Virus record (IMG/VR): IMGVR_UViG_3300037042_000463
Location: 1 to 36,745 of that record
Length of the DNA: 36,745 nucleotides
Reading direction: 5' to 3' (one strand)
DNA from: a virus
Lineage: Duplodnaviria; Caudoviricetes
Within the stretch, counting starts at the first letter, position 1. Every line of letters begins with the position of its first letter. A program made the position numbers and the translations under genes. Under the pieces are notes generated by a model. That model was not told the DNA's origin and did not search any database. It saw nothing but the letters and a program-made list of their open reading frames with translations. Shown in pieces: positions 1 to 8,914 of the stretch.

Positions 1-939
1 ATTCCTTATAGCGTTAATCTTGTTTATCTCATTCTGCACTTGTTGATTAGCCAAGTCTGCTTGAGTTTTAGTCAAGTCAGCTAATCTCTTCTTATCCTCC
101 TCTGTAAGTTCCTTCTTTAAGTTTAATGAGTCAATCTCAGCTTGATTGATAGCCATGTCGCCCTCTATCTGTTCCCTCTTAAGGTCAAAGATACTCTGAC
201 TTGTATCTATCTGAATGCCTAACTTCTCCTCAATAGCAGCTATCTCCTCATCACTTAAATCCTTAGTAAGGTTATATAGTTCCTGCCTTGCTTGACTCTC
301 TGCCTTGAGGCTCTCTCTATTTTTCTCACTTGCCTCCTTAACTGCCTCAGCATTTTCCTCTGCTGCATTATCTGTTAATCCTATCCAATCAGTCAAGTCC
401 TTAAATCCTTGTATTAATAAATCAATAGGATACATTAAAGCATTTAATACATCATCAAGTTTTCCTATGCTTTTTAAGAATATTCCAATAGCTACCACTA
501 TAGCAACTATGACAGCCGCAATTATAAAAATAGGGTTAGCTAATATACTTGCACCCATTTTAGCAAAGGCTACACCTAAGATAGAAACTGTTGCAACTAA
601 GCTCTTTATACCTGATGAGATTTCTGTTGGGTTTATCTTACCCATAGCCTTACTAAGTACTTGAGCTTTCTGCTGTGCCTCCTCAAAGTCTAAGCTCATT
701 AATGAGTCTTTAACTCCTGCAATAGAGTTACTCATCTGCTCAAATCTTGAACCTGATGCAAAAGCATTTACCGCATCATTAGCATCTGCAAGCTGGTCTT
801 TAAGCTCACCTGCTCTTGCTGCAAGTTGTGCTATCTGTTCTGGATCGGTTGCATCTGCTATAGCTCCTTTAAGTTCTCTAAGCTCTGCCTTAATAGCACC
901 TATCCCCGTTATCTTTAATGGTATTTCAACTTCATTCAT
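1..939 (-). CDS. Tape measure protein, N-terminal part (allele A, runs off window edge)
   Basis: ATG at 939 gives MNEVEIPLKITGIG..., matching the start of 28616..31186. Frame is open to position 1. Absent from the ORF track because it has no stop in the window. Confidence 0.85.
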   Translation of the reverse strand, partial: MNEVEIPLKITGIGAIKAELRELKGAIADATDPEQIAQLAARAGELKDQLADANDAVNAFASGSRFEQMSNSIAGVKDSLMSLDFEEAQQKAQVLSKAMGKINPTEISSGIKSLVATVSILGVAFAKMGASILANPIFIIAAVIVAIVVAIGIFLKSIGKLDDVLNALMYPIDLLIQGFKDLTDWIGLTDNAAEENAEAVKEASEKNRESLKAESQARQELYNLTKDLSDEEIAAIEEKLGIQIDTSQSIFDLKREQIEGDMAINQAEIDSLNLKKELTEEDKKRLADLTKTQADLANQQVQNEINKINAIRN

Positions 940-3712
940 ATACTCTAATTTCTATTGTTGTGTTTAATAGCAATCCATCAGTGCTTATATTGGCAGGATC
1001 AGCAGAGATTAAAATTAAATCATTAACTGTATTCCATCCTAAGTTATATAAATTGCCATTGTTTTGACCTACTATTAAATATGTTCTATCTGCATCTGGA
1101 AATGCTCCTGTCAATGTTCCTGAGTAGTTACCAACTGCAAAGCGATTCCACACTATATCACCTATAGTGTTCTCAAGGACTGTCACAGTAGGGTCAAGTA
1201 TTCCTGTCTGAGTAACTGTTGCAATGTATCTCTTATATCCTACCACAGGAGCTCCATTGATACTATTAATCACAGTCAAGTTAGGCACTACCATACCATC
1301 CTGCTCAAGTGTCTGTCCATCTCCTATCACTACTCCCTTAACACCTGGACTCACAGCGTTGCCCTTACCAAAGATTAGAACATCTGAGCCTGGCACCACT
1401 ACATTGTTAACTTGAGCACTTTGCTTAAATACCTCATTATTACCAACTGCCACGATAGTATCTCCAATAGGCTTACCTGCTGCAGTCTTATAAGGTGCTA
1501 AGTCAATCTCAGTATCAATGCTTATTAACTCTACCTTTGTGAGGCTGTTGTTATTAGCGTTGTAATCTTGCACCTTGTTAATGTTCCACCATGAGTTATC
1601 AATGTATATCTTATCATTGAGCTTGAGAGCTTGGATATCAACTTCACTCAAGTCAAAGAATGCTATCAACATCTTACCTACGTTTATCTGATTGACAGTC
1701 CTCCTCCAATATAAGTTGTAAAGGTTGTTAGCTGTCAGTGTTGCTACCTCATAAAAATAGTAGTCATTAGTGCCAAAGTTAATATCAAAGGTAGGATACA
1801 ACGGGTCATTAAAGTGGCCAAGCATAGGATAGTCAGTCAAGCCTATCTCTCCTGTTGTGCCAAAATCTATGATGTCAAATGGTTGGCAAGTACCTAAGCC
1901 TCCATCATACAAGATGCGGATGTTAGTGTTAGGTGCAGCTCCATTGATTGCAGGAACATAAGCTCCAAATAATGTCTTATACACAGGGGTGGGTGAGAAT
2001 AGTAGCTCCTTAGTATCTACATCCTTGACATATTCATTGTCAAAAGTATATTCTATTTGACCGTAAATTTCTCCTGTGGCCTGTGTGTATAACACATTAG
2101 ACTGATCCTCATCAGGTGCATAGGTGAGCTTAAGTTTTTTCTTAGTCACATCAGGAAGGAACATCAACTCTTGAGCCTTATCCTTCGCTAACTTCTCACT
2201 CCAATCCTTCTCAGCTCCTGAGTCATAATACTCATCTCTATGTCTTAGGATGAGGTTGTATGGATTGTCAATATCCTGCTCAACGTATAAGTTGTACATC
2301 TGGAATATTGACTTAACAAAATCTGATTGCTTAATCTCAACAGGAACATATGAGTTCATGATTAGAGTACCTCCTGTAGTCTGCACGTTTTGACTTGGCA
2401 GTATCACCATAGTGATAGATACTAAGTCAAGAACAACATTAACATCTACAGCTGTGAAACCTCCACCTGCTGCTATCCAAATATTAGCTCCATTACTGTT
2501 AGCACTACCATAGGTCTGAGTTACCTCCACACCTATTGATAATATCTGTATGTCATTAGGGTCTATTGCTAAGTTAAAAGGGTCATTTGTTAATGCAGGA
2601 ATGCTAAGAGATTCAGCAAATGTCAACACAGTAGTGTTACCTGTTGGTAATGGTGAGGCTGCAGGGTAGTAAGCCACTCCACTTGTTGAGCCATATACTT
2701 TTAGGTTGCCAAGTCCTGCCACATATACCTGAGCAAATACTCTATATTTATTTTTAACTATGTATCCTCCTGCTATATACTCAAGTACTGCATTACCTCC
2801 ACTATTATTATCAAGGATAATGCTGCCTCCAATCTGTAGCTCATAAGTATAGTGCTCACCTGCAAGAGCATTAGTGCTAAATGGTGAAGTGTACTCACCT
2901 GTCAAAGGGTCATATAAATTTTGAGTGTCAATCACCTCTGTCCATCCAGAGTCAATATCCTCTTGAAATGTATAGTTCACTCCTGTGCCCTGCACATAAC
3001 TTGTAGTCCATGTGTTAGTGGCTTCCACTCTGTAGTCAGCATAATCAAAGTTATTAACATCCCCATTGTAAGGTATTAACAACTTATCAAAGTGAGCATC
3101 TGTTAAACCTGCCCAAGTATATGTAAATCCTGCCACAGCAAATATCCTATCAAAGTATGTCTTAGCATATATAGCAGGTTTGAACTCATTAGCTTGATAG
3201 ATATTTGTTCCTGTACATACAGGCATTACATATTTATATCCATCTGCCACAGTGTTGCTGAATGTAGCCGCTATATCAGTTGATGAGAATGTGTGATCTA
3301 AGTCTGAGAAATCTAAGTCATCAAGATTAGCATTAGTGATAGCACTAAAAAACTCAGCTCTACTATCTTTGATGAGTACAGTGTAATTAACCTCCTCCTC
3401 ATAAGCATTAGTGTACTGAGACTTATTAACACTTACCAACTGCAATAGTGCATCATCTAAGATAGGCACTCCATCCTGTATCACTTGACATCGAGTCAAC
3501 GTGTTGATGTTAAAGCTACCTGCCTGAATGTTCACATCATAGTAGTGTCCTAATAGCTCATGGTTGTTCTTAGTTCCTTCAAGTGTGATGGTCTTAGAGA
3601 ATGTCCCCTTCCTTGCAGAGAGGTCTCTAATATCTCCCACGTTAAACGTGATAGGGAAGTTAGTCTTCTCAGATACATCTAAGACTCCTGTCTCAAGTAC
3701 TATCTTAACCAT
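932..3712 (-). CDS. Large tail tip / baseplate-hub-like virion protein (allele A)
   Basis: 926 aa, Asn/Thr/Gly/Asp-rich. The N-terminal DIRD...KGTFSKTITLEGTKNN motif is typical of Bacteroidota phage tail proteins. Adjacent to the tape measure gene. Confidence 0.7.
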   Translation of the reverse strand: MVKIVLETGVLDVSEKTNFPITFNVGDIRDLSARKGTFSKTITLEGTKNNHELLGHYYDVNIQAGSFNINTLTRCQVIQDGVPILDDALLQLVSVNKSQYTNAYEEEVNYTVLIKDSRAEFFSAITNANLDDLDFSDLDHTFSSTDIAATFSNTVADGYKYVMPVCTGTNIYQANEFKPAIYAKTYFDRIFAVAGFTYTWAGLTDAHFDKLLIPYNGDVNNFDYADYRVEATNTWTTSYVQGTGVNYTFQEDIDSGWTEVIDTQNLYDPLTGEYTSPFSTNALAGEHYTYELQIGGSIILDNNSGGNAVLEYIAGGYIVKNKYRVFAQVYVAGLGNLKVYGSTSGVAYYPAASPLPTGNTTVLTFAESLSIPALTNDPFNLAIDPNDIQILSIGVEVTQTYGSANSNGANIWIAAGGGFTAVDVNVVLDLVSITMVILPSQNVQTTGGTLIMNSYVPVEIKQSDFVKSIFQMYNLYVEQDIDNPYNLILRHRDEYYDSGAEKDWSEKLAKDKAQELMFLPDVTKKKLKLTYAPDEDQSNVLYTQATGEIYGQIEYTFDNEYVKDVDTKELLFSPTPVYKTLFGAYVPAINGAAPNTNIRILYDGGLGTCQPFDIIDFGTTGEIGLTDYPMLGHFNDPLYPTFDINFGTNDYYFYEVATLTANNLYNLYWRRTVNQINVGKMLIAFFDLSEVDIQALKLNDKIYIDNSWWNINKVQDYNANNNSLTKVELISIDTEIDLAPYKTAAGKPIGDTIVAVGNNEVFKQSAQVNNVVVPGSDVLIFGKGNAVSPGVKGVVIGDGQTLEQDGMVVPNLTVINSINGAPVVGYKRYIATVTQTGILDPTVTVLENTIGDIVWNRFAVGNYSGTLTGAFPDADRTYLIVGQNNGNLYNLGWNTVNDLILISADPANISTDGLLLNTTIEIRVYE

Positions 3713-5210
3713 TGATTATGTCGTTATTAGATAACCTTACTTGTATTGACTGCTTGATTAGGTTGTTGTTTCTTTGCTTAAATACTTCAAAGTTTGTGTT
3801 AAGTACATTACAGCTTACATACTCAGTTGACTCAGGGATATGTATGATACATCCACTCTCATCATAGAGATTATCTAAGTCCTCTGTAATTCGATATACT
3901 ACGTTTTTAACATAAGTCTGAGGAGATGTTAACAACTGCTGAAAGTATGTACCCTCTGCCTCACTCATCCAATTAGTGTTAAGGTCAAATGTCTTAACTA
4001 CTTGAGTATTGAAATTAACTTGCCCTTGTTCATAAGTTTTATACTTCCACTGAGATGAGGTAACATATCCTGGCACATCCTTATTGTATGTATCTCTCTT
4101 GATAGTTCCCTTCTCATAGCTCTTAAGTTGGAAGGCAAAGCTACTCCATGAGCCCATCCTATCTAAGAATAAGATATGACTCTCAGAGATTAATGTCCTT
4201 GTATCTATGTTCACCTTATAGCTCACTGACTTAGGGTCAACAAATCCAGGAGCTCCATCTCGATATGTTACTGTGTAATACTTAGTGTCCTGCTTAACAA
4301 GTGGAGCTGTGCCACTCACTAAGGTAAGTGATCCATAGTTATTAGGGCCAACTGCTACTCCTTTCATATATTCAATTCCACTCACTGACTTGTAGAACAC
4401 ATCCCCGTCATCATTAATGAAGTACACCCTCTTGTTAAGTGCTATGCCTACATCCTTAAAGTTAAGCCATAAGTCCTGCCCAAGTGTACATGTGAAGTTC
4501 AAAGGTTGGTCAGTGAGCCACAGTCCAGATGTGTTATCAAGAGTGTAGTCAGTCTGATCATAGAACGGCATGTCTATCCAAGGAATAGCTCCATTGAATA
4601 CATACTTGTCTAAGGTGCTAATCTCATTGAGGTTAATGTCCTTCCTATTGTCAGCATATTTGATTGAGCCATTCTCAGTCGCATCAGTAACCTCTGACCA
4701 TAGAGCATTGATAGTGAATGATGTTGTGCCTGTTACAGCTATCACAGTGTGCAGTCCTTCCACTCCTGGATTAGCCACACCTAAGTCTGCCTGTGTAATG
4801 TTGAGCTGGTCACCCACAGCAAAGGGGTGAGCAGCTGATGGGGTTATTTCAACATTGCCGCTATCATCTGACAATGAGGCTGTGTACCCCAACGTGAATA
4901 TGTACTCCTCTCCAATCTTAATGTCATACTTATAGTATGAGTTAGCTGCATCATAGAAGGTTGTGATTGTAGGGTTGAAGTCATAGCTTACCATGTTACT
5001 CAAGAGCTTGCTCAAGTCCTGCTCCCCATAGCCTGTGCCAAAGGTAGGCAGTGCCTTATAGTATCCTATCCTGGTTGCTGTGCCTGACTCGAATACCTCA
5101 AAGATATATCGGAAGCCATCATTATTGACATTAGTTGAGTTAACTATGAACTTGCACTCATTGTAAGCAGGAGTGAAATCTTGAGGTTCTGCTATGATTG
5201 TCATTGCCAT
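3705..5210 (-). CDS. Tail protein (distal tail-like) with inserted beta domain
   Basis: 501 aa. The C-terminal FLDRMGSWSSF...LNTNW...QQLLTSP pattern resembles Bacteroidota phage tail proteins. Overlaps the start of the 926 aa gene. Confidence 0.6.
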   Translation of the reverse strand: MAMTIIAEPQDFTPAYNECKFIVNSTNVNNDGFRYIFEVFESGTATRIGYYKALPTFGTGYGEQDLSKLLSNMVSYDFNPTITTFYDAANSYYKYDIKIGEEYIFTLGYTASLSDDSGNVEITPSAAHPFAVGDQLNITQADLGVANPGVEGLHTVIAVTGTTSFTINALWSEVTDATENGSIKYADNRKDINLNEISTLDKYVFNGAIPWIDMPFYDQTDYTLDNTSGLWLTDQPLNFTCTLGQDLWLNFKDVGIALNKRVYFINDDGDVFYKSVSGIEYMKGVAVGPNNYGSLTLVSGTAPLVKQDTKYYTVTYRDGAPGFVDPKSVSYKVNIDTRTLISESHILFLDRMGSWSSFAFQLKSYEKGTIKRDTYNKDVPGYVTSSQWKYKTYEQGQVNFNTQVVKTFDLNTNWMSEAEGTYFQQLLTSPQTYVKNVVYRITEDLDNLYDESGCIIHIPESTEYVSCNVLNTNFEVFKQRNNNLIKQSIQVRLSNNDIING

Positions 5211-5242
5211 ACCTATATTGTATTTGAGTTGGTATCCTGTTA
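5208..5242 (-). promoter_or_regulatory. Putative phage late promoter 1 (TAACA-N15-TACAATATAGGT-ATG)
   Basis: Motif abuts the ATG at 5210 and recurs at four other independent loci. Confidence 0.8.
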
Positions 5243-6388
5243 GAAGGATAGATATGAGTCATCTGTGTAGTACTCCTCCTTGATGTAAGTGGCAGCATAT
5301 CGGATGGCATCCATTGCATCATCCCAAAGTTTGACAGGCTCATCTGTAATGGTATCACCTATTTTTTTCCACTTGTAATTCTCATACTCTTTCTTAAGTT
5401 GGGGATGGTCTTCACATTGAACTCCAAAGGTTTTGATGTTATCTATTCCTTTCTTTACTACCTTGTTAGCATTCTCAATATAGTATCCTGCCCTATCTAT
5501 CTCAGCTATGGTCTCAGGCCTTGAGTAGTCAGCTAAGATGTTAATACTCTTCTCTATGCCTAACTGATCCATCCTTGCAATGAGGTCAGTAGTGGTGAGA
5601 TAGCTCTCATATATCACAGGCTCAATGTATAAGTCCTTATCCCTCCAATAGACTCTCACTAATGCAGTTGGGTGATTGTAACCAAAGTCTAAGCCATAGA
5701 CATAGTCAGTGAACTTGGATGGTCTATGCTTGACAAATGTCCAATTGCTATAGATGTTACTCTTGGAGATGGCTTTCTCACCTAATGCATATATCTGATA
5801 CTGTGCCTCATCTGTTCTCTTTAAGTCCTCAATCTGTTTCTTAATGCTCTCAGGCAGGAACGGGTTGTCCTTATAGGTTGACTTAATTAGGATGCTCTCC
5901 TCTGTTGGTAACTCATACAGCCATGAGTTAGACTCAGATGGGTTGTAGTCAAAGATTAGCTTGTTCTCAGTTCTCATATTGAGCTGAGTGAAGTCATCAT
6001 AATACAGCTCATTAGCCTCATTGCACCATGCCATATCTCTCTTCCTACCTCTTATCTTTTGCTCATCATCCACTGAAAAGAACTCTACTATAGAGCCATT
6101 GCTAAAAGTGTAGATGTGCTCTGACTTGTTATGACTGTTCACATCATATATCTCAAGGCTCTTCATTATCTCAAGGAAGTCTCTCATGACTGTAGCTCTC
6201 AAGGCAGGGAATGTTTTACGAATGATGCTCACTACCTTACCTCTGTTCTGTAGGCAATACACTATGATTAGCTGGCATAGTGAGTAGGTCTTAGAACTCC
6301 TTGAGCCTCCCTCATTAATGATAAACCTCACATCTGAGTTGAGTGCATCATGGTTCTTTTCAAATATCACTGTACTGTTTAGCTCCAT
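5240..6388 (-). CDS. terL: Terminase large subunit (PBSX / Terminase_3-like)
   Basis: Walker A-like EGGSRSSKT, Walker B-like WCNEANE, YKDNPFL, GLDFGYNHP and C-terminal DDAMDAIRY nuclease motif. ATG at 6388 is preferred over TTG at 6397. Confidence 0.93.
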   Translation of the reverse strand: MELNSTVIFEKNHDALNSDVRFIINEGGSRSSKTYSLCQLIIVYCLQNRGKVVSIIRKTFPALRATVMRDFLEIMKSLEIYDVNSHNKSEHIYTFSNGSIVEFFSVDDEQKIRGRKRDMAWCNEANELYYDDFTQLNMRTENKLIFDYNPSESNSWLYELPTEESILIKSTYKDNPFLPESIKKQIEDLKRTDEAQYQIYALGEKAISKSNIYSNWTFVKHRPSKFTDYVYGLDFGYNHPTALVRVYWRDKDLYIEPVIYESYLTTTDLIARMDQLGIEKSINILADYSRPETIAEIDRAGYYIENANKVVKKGIDNIKTFGVQCEDHPQLKKEYENYKWKKIGDTITDEPVKLWDDAMDAIRYAATYIKEEYYTDDSYLSF

Positions 6389-6453
6389 TTTAGGCAAAGG
6401 TTTGGCTATACCACTTATTAGTAGTATAGTTAATATATATCTTATAGGTTATA

Positions 6454-6891
6454 TTACTTAATAATATTAACCTTAATCTCATTGATAGACTGACCGTTTG
6501 TGGTAGTATCTACCTTCTCAGTCAATCCATTTAAGCGTTGAGTGATTGAGGCATTGTACTGCCCAGTCATCCCACCTGTAATATGATCATTTGTTCTTGC
6601 TCTCTTTATACGCGTACAGACACGGATATATGCTGAATATCTATTATCCTTGTTCTCAAAATAATCACTTAAATCTGGAGTATCAGTATCAAATTTTGTC
6701 TCAGGGTGATCACATACAAATTCATAAAAGCCATCAAGAGTTAATGGACATTCTAAAGGCACAGCTACTATTTCACCAGTCTTATTAGATAGACTATAGC
6801 TATACCTTGGATTGTTCTTTACGTACTCTTTATATTCAGTCCACAACTCCCACATCTTTTCGGGAGTTTCTATGTACTTAGGCTTTGGCAT
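6454..6891 (-). CDS. terS: Terminase small subunit (P22 gp3-like DNA packaging protein)
   Basis: Directly upstream of terL. Shows PKYIETPEKMWE...PLTLDGF...GQYNASITQRLNGL pattern. Start could be 6891 or 6900. Confidence 0.8.
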   Translation of the reverse strand: MPKPKYIETPEKMWELWTEYKEYVKNNPRYSYSLSNKTGEIVAVPLECPLTLDGFYEFVCDHPETKFDTDTPDLSDYFENKDNRYSAYIRVCTRIKRARTNDHITGGMTGQYNASITQRLNGLTEKVDTTTNGQSINEIKVNIIK

Positions 6892-7228
6892 CGGTATCAA
6901 CAGATGTATTGATTGACTCTTGCTCTTTTTTTACTTCTGCCAAACGTTCAGTAAATTTCTTAGGTTTACGTTTCTTTTTAGGCTTATCATTGATTACTGA
7001 CTCAAGAAAATCAGTTGATACTGACTCAGCAGGAATAGGTGGCTCAACTGCCTCATACTTAATCACTGTAGGTACTTCCTCAAAGATATACCCAAGTCCT
7101 ATAGACTGATAATACTTCACCTTGCTAATGTCTATCTTGGCTACCACGATAGAACGCTGTCCTAAGATGCGATCATACACTCTGACAGTTTTGTCAATGT
7201 ATTCTGTTTTAATTTTAAAATTGCTCAT
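6878..7228 (-). CDS. Hypothetical protein, Lys-rich C-terminus
   Basis: 116 aa ORF overlapping neighbours at both ends in operon context. Confidence 0.65.
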   Translation of the reverse strand: MSNFKIKTEYIDKTVRVYDRILGQRSIVVAKIDISKVKYYQSIGLGYIFEEVPTVIKYEAVEPPIPAESVSTDFLESVINDKPKKKRKPKKFTERLAEVKKEQESINTSVDTDAKA

Positions 7229-7376
7229 ATTCGTTAACTATTATAAATGTTAAATATAGTGCTAAGGTAATGCTTGAGAACTTAAATAACAAATAGATAT
7301 TCTCATTCCACAGTGCTATCACTACTCCAAAGGCCATTATGTAAGTCATTAAGCCTAAAAAATTAGCATTCCTCAT
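7215..7376 (-). CDS. Small hydrophobic protein (53 aa, about two TM segments), not in ORF track
   Basis: MRNANFLGLMTYIMAFGVVIALWNENIYLLFKFSSITLALYLTFIIVNEYEQF. Its ATG is fused to the late motif and it fills the gap between neighbours. Confidence 0.7.
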   Translation of the reverse strand: MRNANFLGLMTYIMAFGVVIALWNENIYLLFKFSSITLALYLTFIIVNEYEQF

Positions 7377-7905
7377 ACCTATATTGTATTTGATTTATAT
7401 TTTCTTTAATTTCTTTAATCAGGAAGTAAGCAGATGTACTGTTGATGTTGAAATACTTAGCGAGTGCAGTCTGAGTTGAATGTCCTTTGTCGTAATATGC
7501 CTCGAATACTATCTTTTTTATCCTATCCTTTTGCTCTGTTCTGTATATCTCAACAAGTGCTTTCTTAAAATTGTACCTATCCTCTATCTCTATCTTATGC
7601 TCCAGGTCAGTTGGGTCATCAATGACATCCATTGTGTACTCTTGAGACTTGTATAAGTCCTGTTTCTTAGTCTTAGAGCCTTGAGTCCAAATAAGGTCAC
7701 ACTTGATAGTATTGAGTAGGTAACTCTTAGCCTTATCCTCTGTCATATCTTGAGCATTGAGCCCTGCACAGTGGATGTAAGCATTGTTAATAACTGCATC
7801 TGCATCTATTGATGTCGGTATGTTGAGCACATCTAAGAAGTGGCGTGTGTACTTGAGCACCTCAAGGTAGTTGCGAGTGAGATATCTATCCAAGTGCTCC
7901 TTCAT
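7363..7905 (-). CDS. ECF-like sigma factor (putative late-gene sigma)
   Basis: About 180 aa from ATG 7905. Has region-2-like DADAVINNAY...KSYLLNTIK and region-4-like HTH STQTALAKYFNINSTSAYFLIKEIK. Sits at the early/late boundary. Confidence 0.7.
   Translation of the reverse strand: MKEHLDRYLTRNYLEVLKYTRHFLDVLNIPTSIDADAVINNAYIHCAGLNAQDMTEDKAKSYLLNTIKCDLIWTQGSKTKKQDLYKSQEYTMDVIDDPTDLEHKIEIEDRYNFKKALVEIYRTEQKDRIKKIVFEAYYDKGHSTQTALAKYFNINSTSAYFLIKEIKENINQIQYRYEEC
7374..7408 (-). promoter_or_regulatory. Putative late promoter 2 (TAAAG-N15-TACAATATAGGT-ATG), inside the 3' end of the sigma-like gene
   Basis: Exact core motif at 7374-7388. Confidence 0.75.
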
Positions 7906-8092
7906 ACCATTGAGTGAAGTCCTTGAGCCATACCTTTCTACGTACTGATGCACAGAAACACTCTTTATCTCTCTGCCCTGTGACTCTGTTCTTAACTTGT
8001 TGTAGTTGTATAAGGCTTCTCTTAGTGAGCACCTTCTCCTCTGGTTGATTGAGGATAGTATCTATGAGTTGTATATCAGTTTGTTCAAGCAT
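7886..8092 (-). CDS. Hypothetical protein (68 aa, CFC motif)
   Basis: Probable start MLEQTDIQL at 8092. Overlaps both neighbours. Confidence 0.55.
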   Translation of the reverse strand: MLEQTDIQLIDTILNQPEEKVLTKRSLIQLQQVKNRVTGQRDKECFCASVRRKVWLKDFTQWYEGALG

Positions 8093-8289
8093 ACAGCAGT
8101 GAGTGAGGTTGCACAGGCAATAGTAAAGGATTGTGAGTAGATTAGTGTTCCCCAGAATGATGTACACTTCCAACATCCAAGAGCTGTGTGTATCCAATCG
8201 GGCAGGATGAGCCTGTTGATGCGATCTTGAAGAGGCTCAAAGTTAACGAACCACCATGATACAACAAGAGGAGCTAAATAGTCTATCAT
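8062..8289 (-). CDS. Small membrane protein with CxxC-xSFW motif (DUF1360-like)
   Basis: LGCWKCTSFWGTL within hydrophobic segments. Probable start MIDYLAP at 8289. Confidence 0.6.
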   Translation of the reverse strand: MIDYLAPLVVSWWFVNFEPLQDRINRLILPDWIHTALGCWKCTSFWGTLIYSQSFTIACATSLTAVCLNKLIYNS

Positions 8290-8319
8290 GGGTGCTAAGA
8301 TAATAAAAGTTTTTAACAT

Positions 8320-8350
8320 AACAAAGGGGAGCTGTTATACTCCCCTTGTT
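8320..8350. terminator. Stem-loop, probable terminator between early genes and sigma operon
   Basis: AACAAAGGGGAG-ctgttata-CTCCCCTTGTT inverted repeat with a weak U tract. Confidence 0.55.
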
Positions 8351-8377
8351 GGTCTACCAGAGCCAGGCTGCCGAGCC

Positions 8378-8461
8378 TCAGTTGTTAATCTTATCAAGTA
8401 TTGATTGAGGAGTCTTATACTCCCATCCATACTTATTGTATATCTGTATTAAGTAGTTCAT
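8378..8461 (-). CDS. 27 aa small ORF (MNYLIQIYNKYGWEYKTPQSILDKINN)
   Basis: ATGA overlap with the stop of 8458..8691. Confidence 0.45.
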   Translation of the reverse strand: MNYLIQIYNKYGWEYKTPQSILDKINN

Positions 8462-8691
8462 AGTAGTTGAATTTCTTGTTTGACATCATACCAATACTGC
8501 TCATCATCAACCATCATTAAAAGTCCTGAGTTGTATATCTCATCAACTGCTATTAATGCCGCTTTTTTAGATTGATTCCAATCATTGTATTTCCAGTTCA
8601 ATTCACCATCTGTAGTATTAACATCTTTATCTAATGGAAATAATTGATAAAATGAATCAACTAATTCTTTTGCTTTCTCTTTTGGTGTCAT
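8458..8691 (-). CDS. Hypothetical phage protein (MTPKEKAKEL type)
   Basis: 77 aa. N-terminal motif recalled from Bacteroidota phages. Confidence 0.7.
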   Translation of the reverse strand: MTPKEKAKELVDSFYQLFPLDKDVNTTDGELNWKYNDWNQSKKAALIAVDEIYNSGLLMMVDDEQYWYDVKQEIQLL

Positions 8692-8692
8692 A

Positions 8693-8914
8693 TTATTTCT
8701 TTACTAAGTATTTAAACGCATTATCATAGAACGAACCTCTCACCTCATTGCCATTCATAAACCTGTACAGTGTAGCTGAGTTCACGTTCATATCCTCTGC
8801 CATGTGAATAATTTTATATCTGTATGACAGTTGATCAGTTAGTTCTCTTCTGAGCCACTCAGAGAATGACTCATCGAGATTAAGATATACTGTCTTAGAA
8901 CGGTAAGTCATCAT
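8693..8914 (-). CDS. Small HTH DNA-binding protein
   Basis: IIHMAEDMNVNSATLYRFMNG is an XRE-like HTH. Likely start MMTYRSK at 8914 or 8911. Confidence 0.6.
   Translation of the reverse strand: MMTYRSKTVYLNLDESFSEWLRRELTDQLSYRYKIIHMAEDMNVNSATLYRFMNGNEVRGSFYDNAFKYLVKK

Larger units (their letters stand above)
1..6489. repeat. Copy 1 of a 6.5 kb direct repeat (circular/concatemeric genome overlap)
   Basis: Same sequence recurs at 30248-36745. Offset is 30256 in the identical part and 30247 at the left end. Variants are confined to about 1-1645. Confidence 0.97.

Noticed and set aside
932-1260. Diversity-generating retroelement as the source of the variable tail C-terminus
   Set aside because: No reverse transcriptase or template repeat. 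Differences involve all bases, an indel and the neighbouring gene rather than adenine-specific changes.
5158-5358. 66 aa alternative-frame ORF across the terL end (also 35414..35614)
   Set aside because: Overlaps terL, the late promoter and the next gene, and shows no protein-like features.
6400-6453. CTATAC/GTATAG inverted repeat between terS and terL as a pac site
   Set aside because: Short and AT-rich, cannot be distinguished from chance without terminus data.
8428-8440. TACAATAAGTATG as a sixth late promoter
   Set aside because: Two nt shorter than the motif, lacks the upstream TAA element at the conserved spacing, and lies inside a small ORF.
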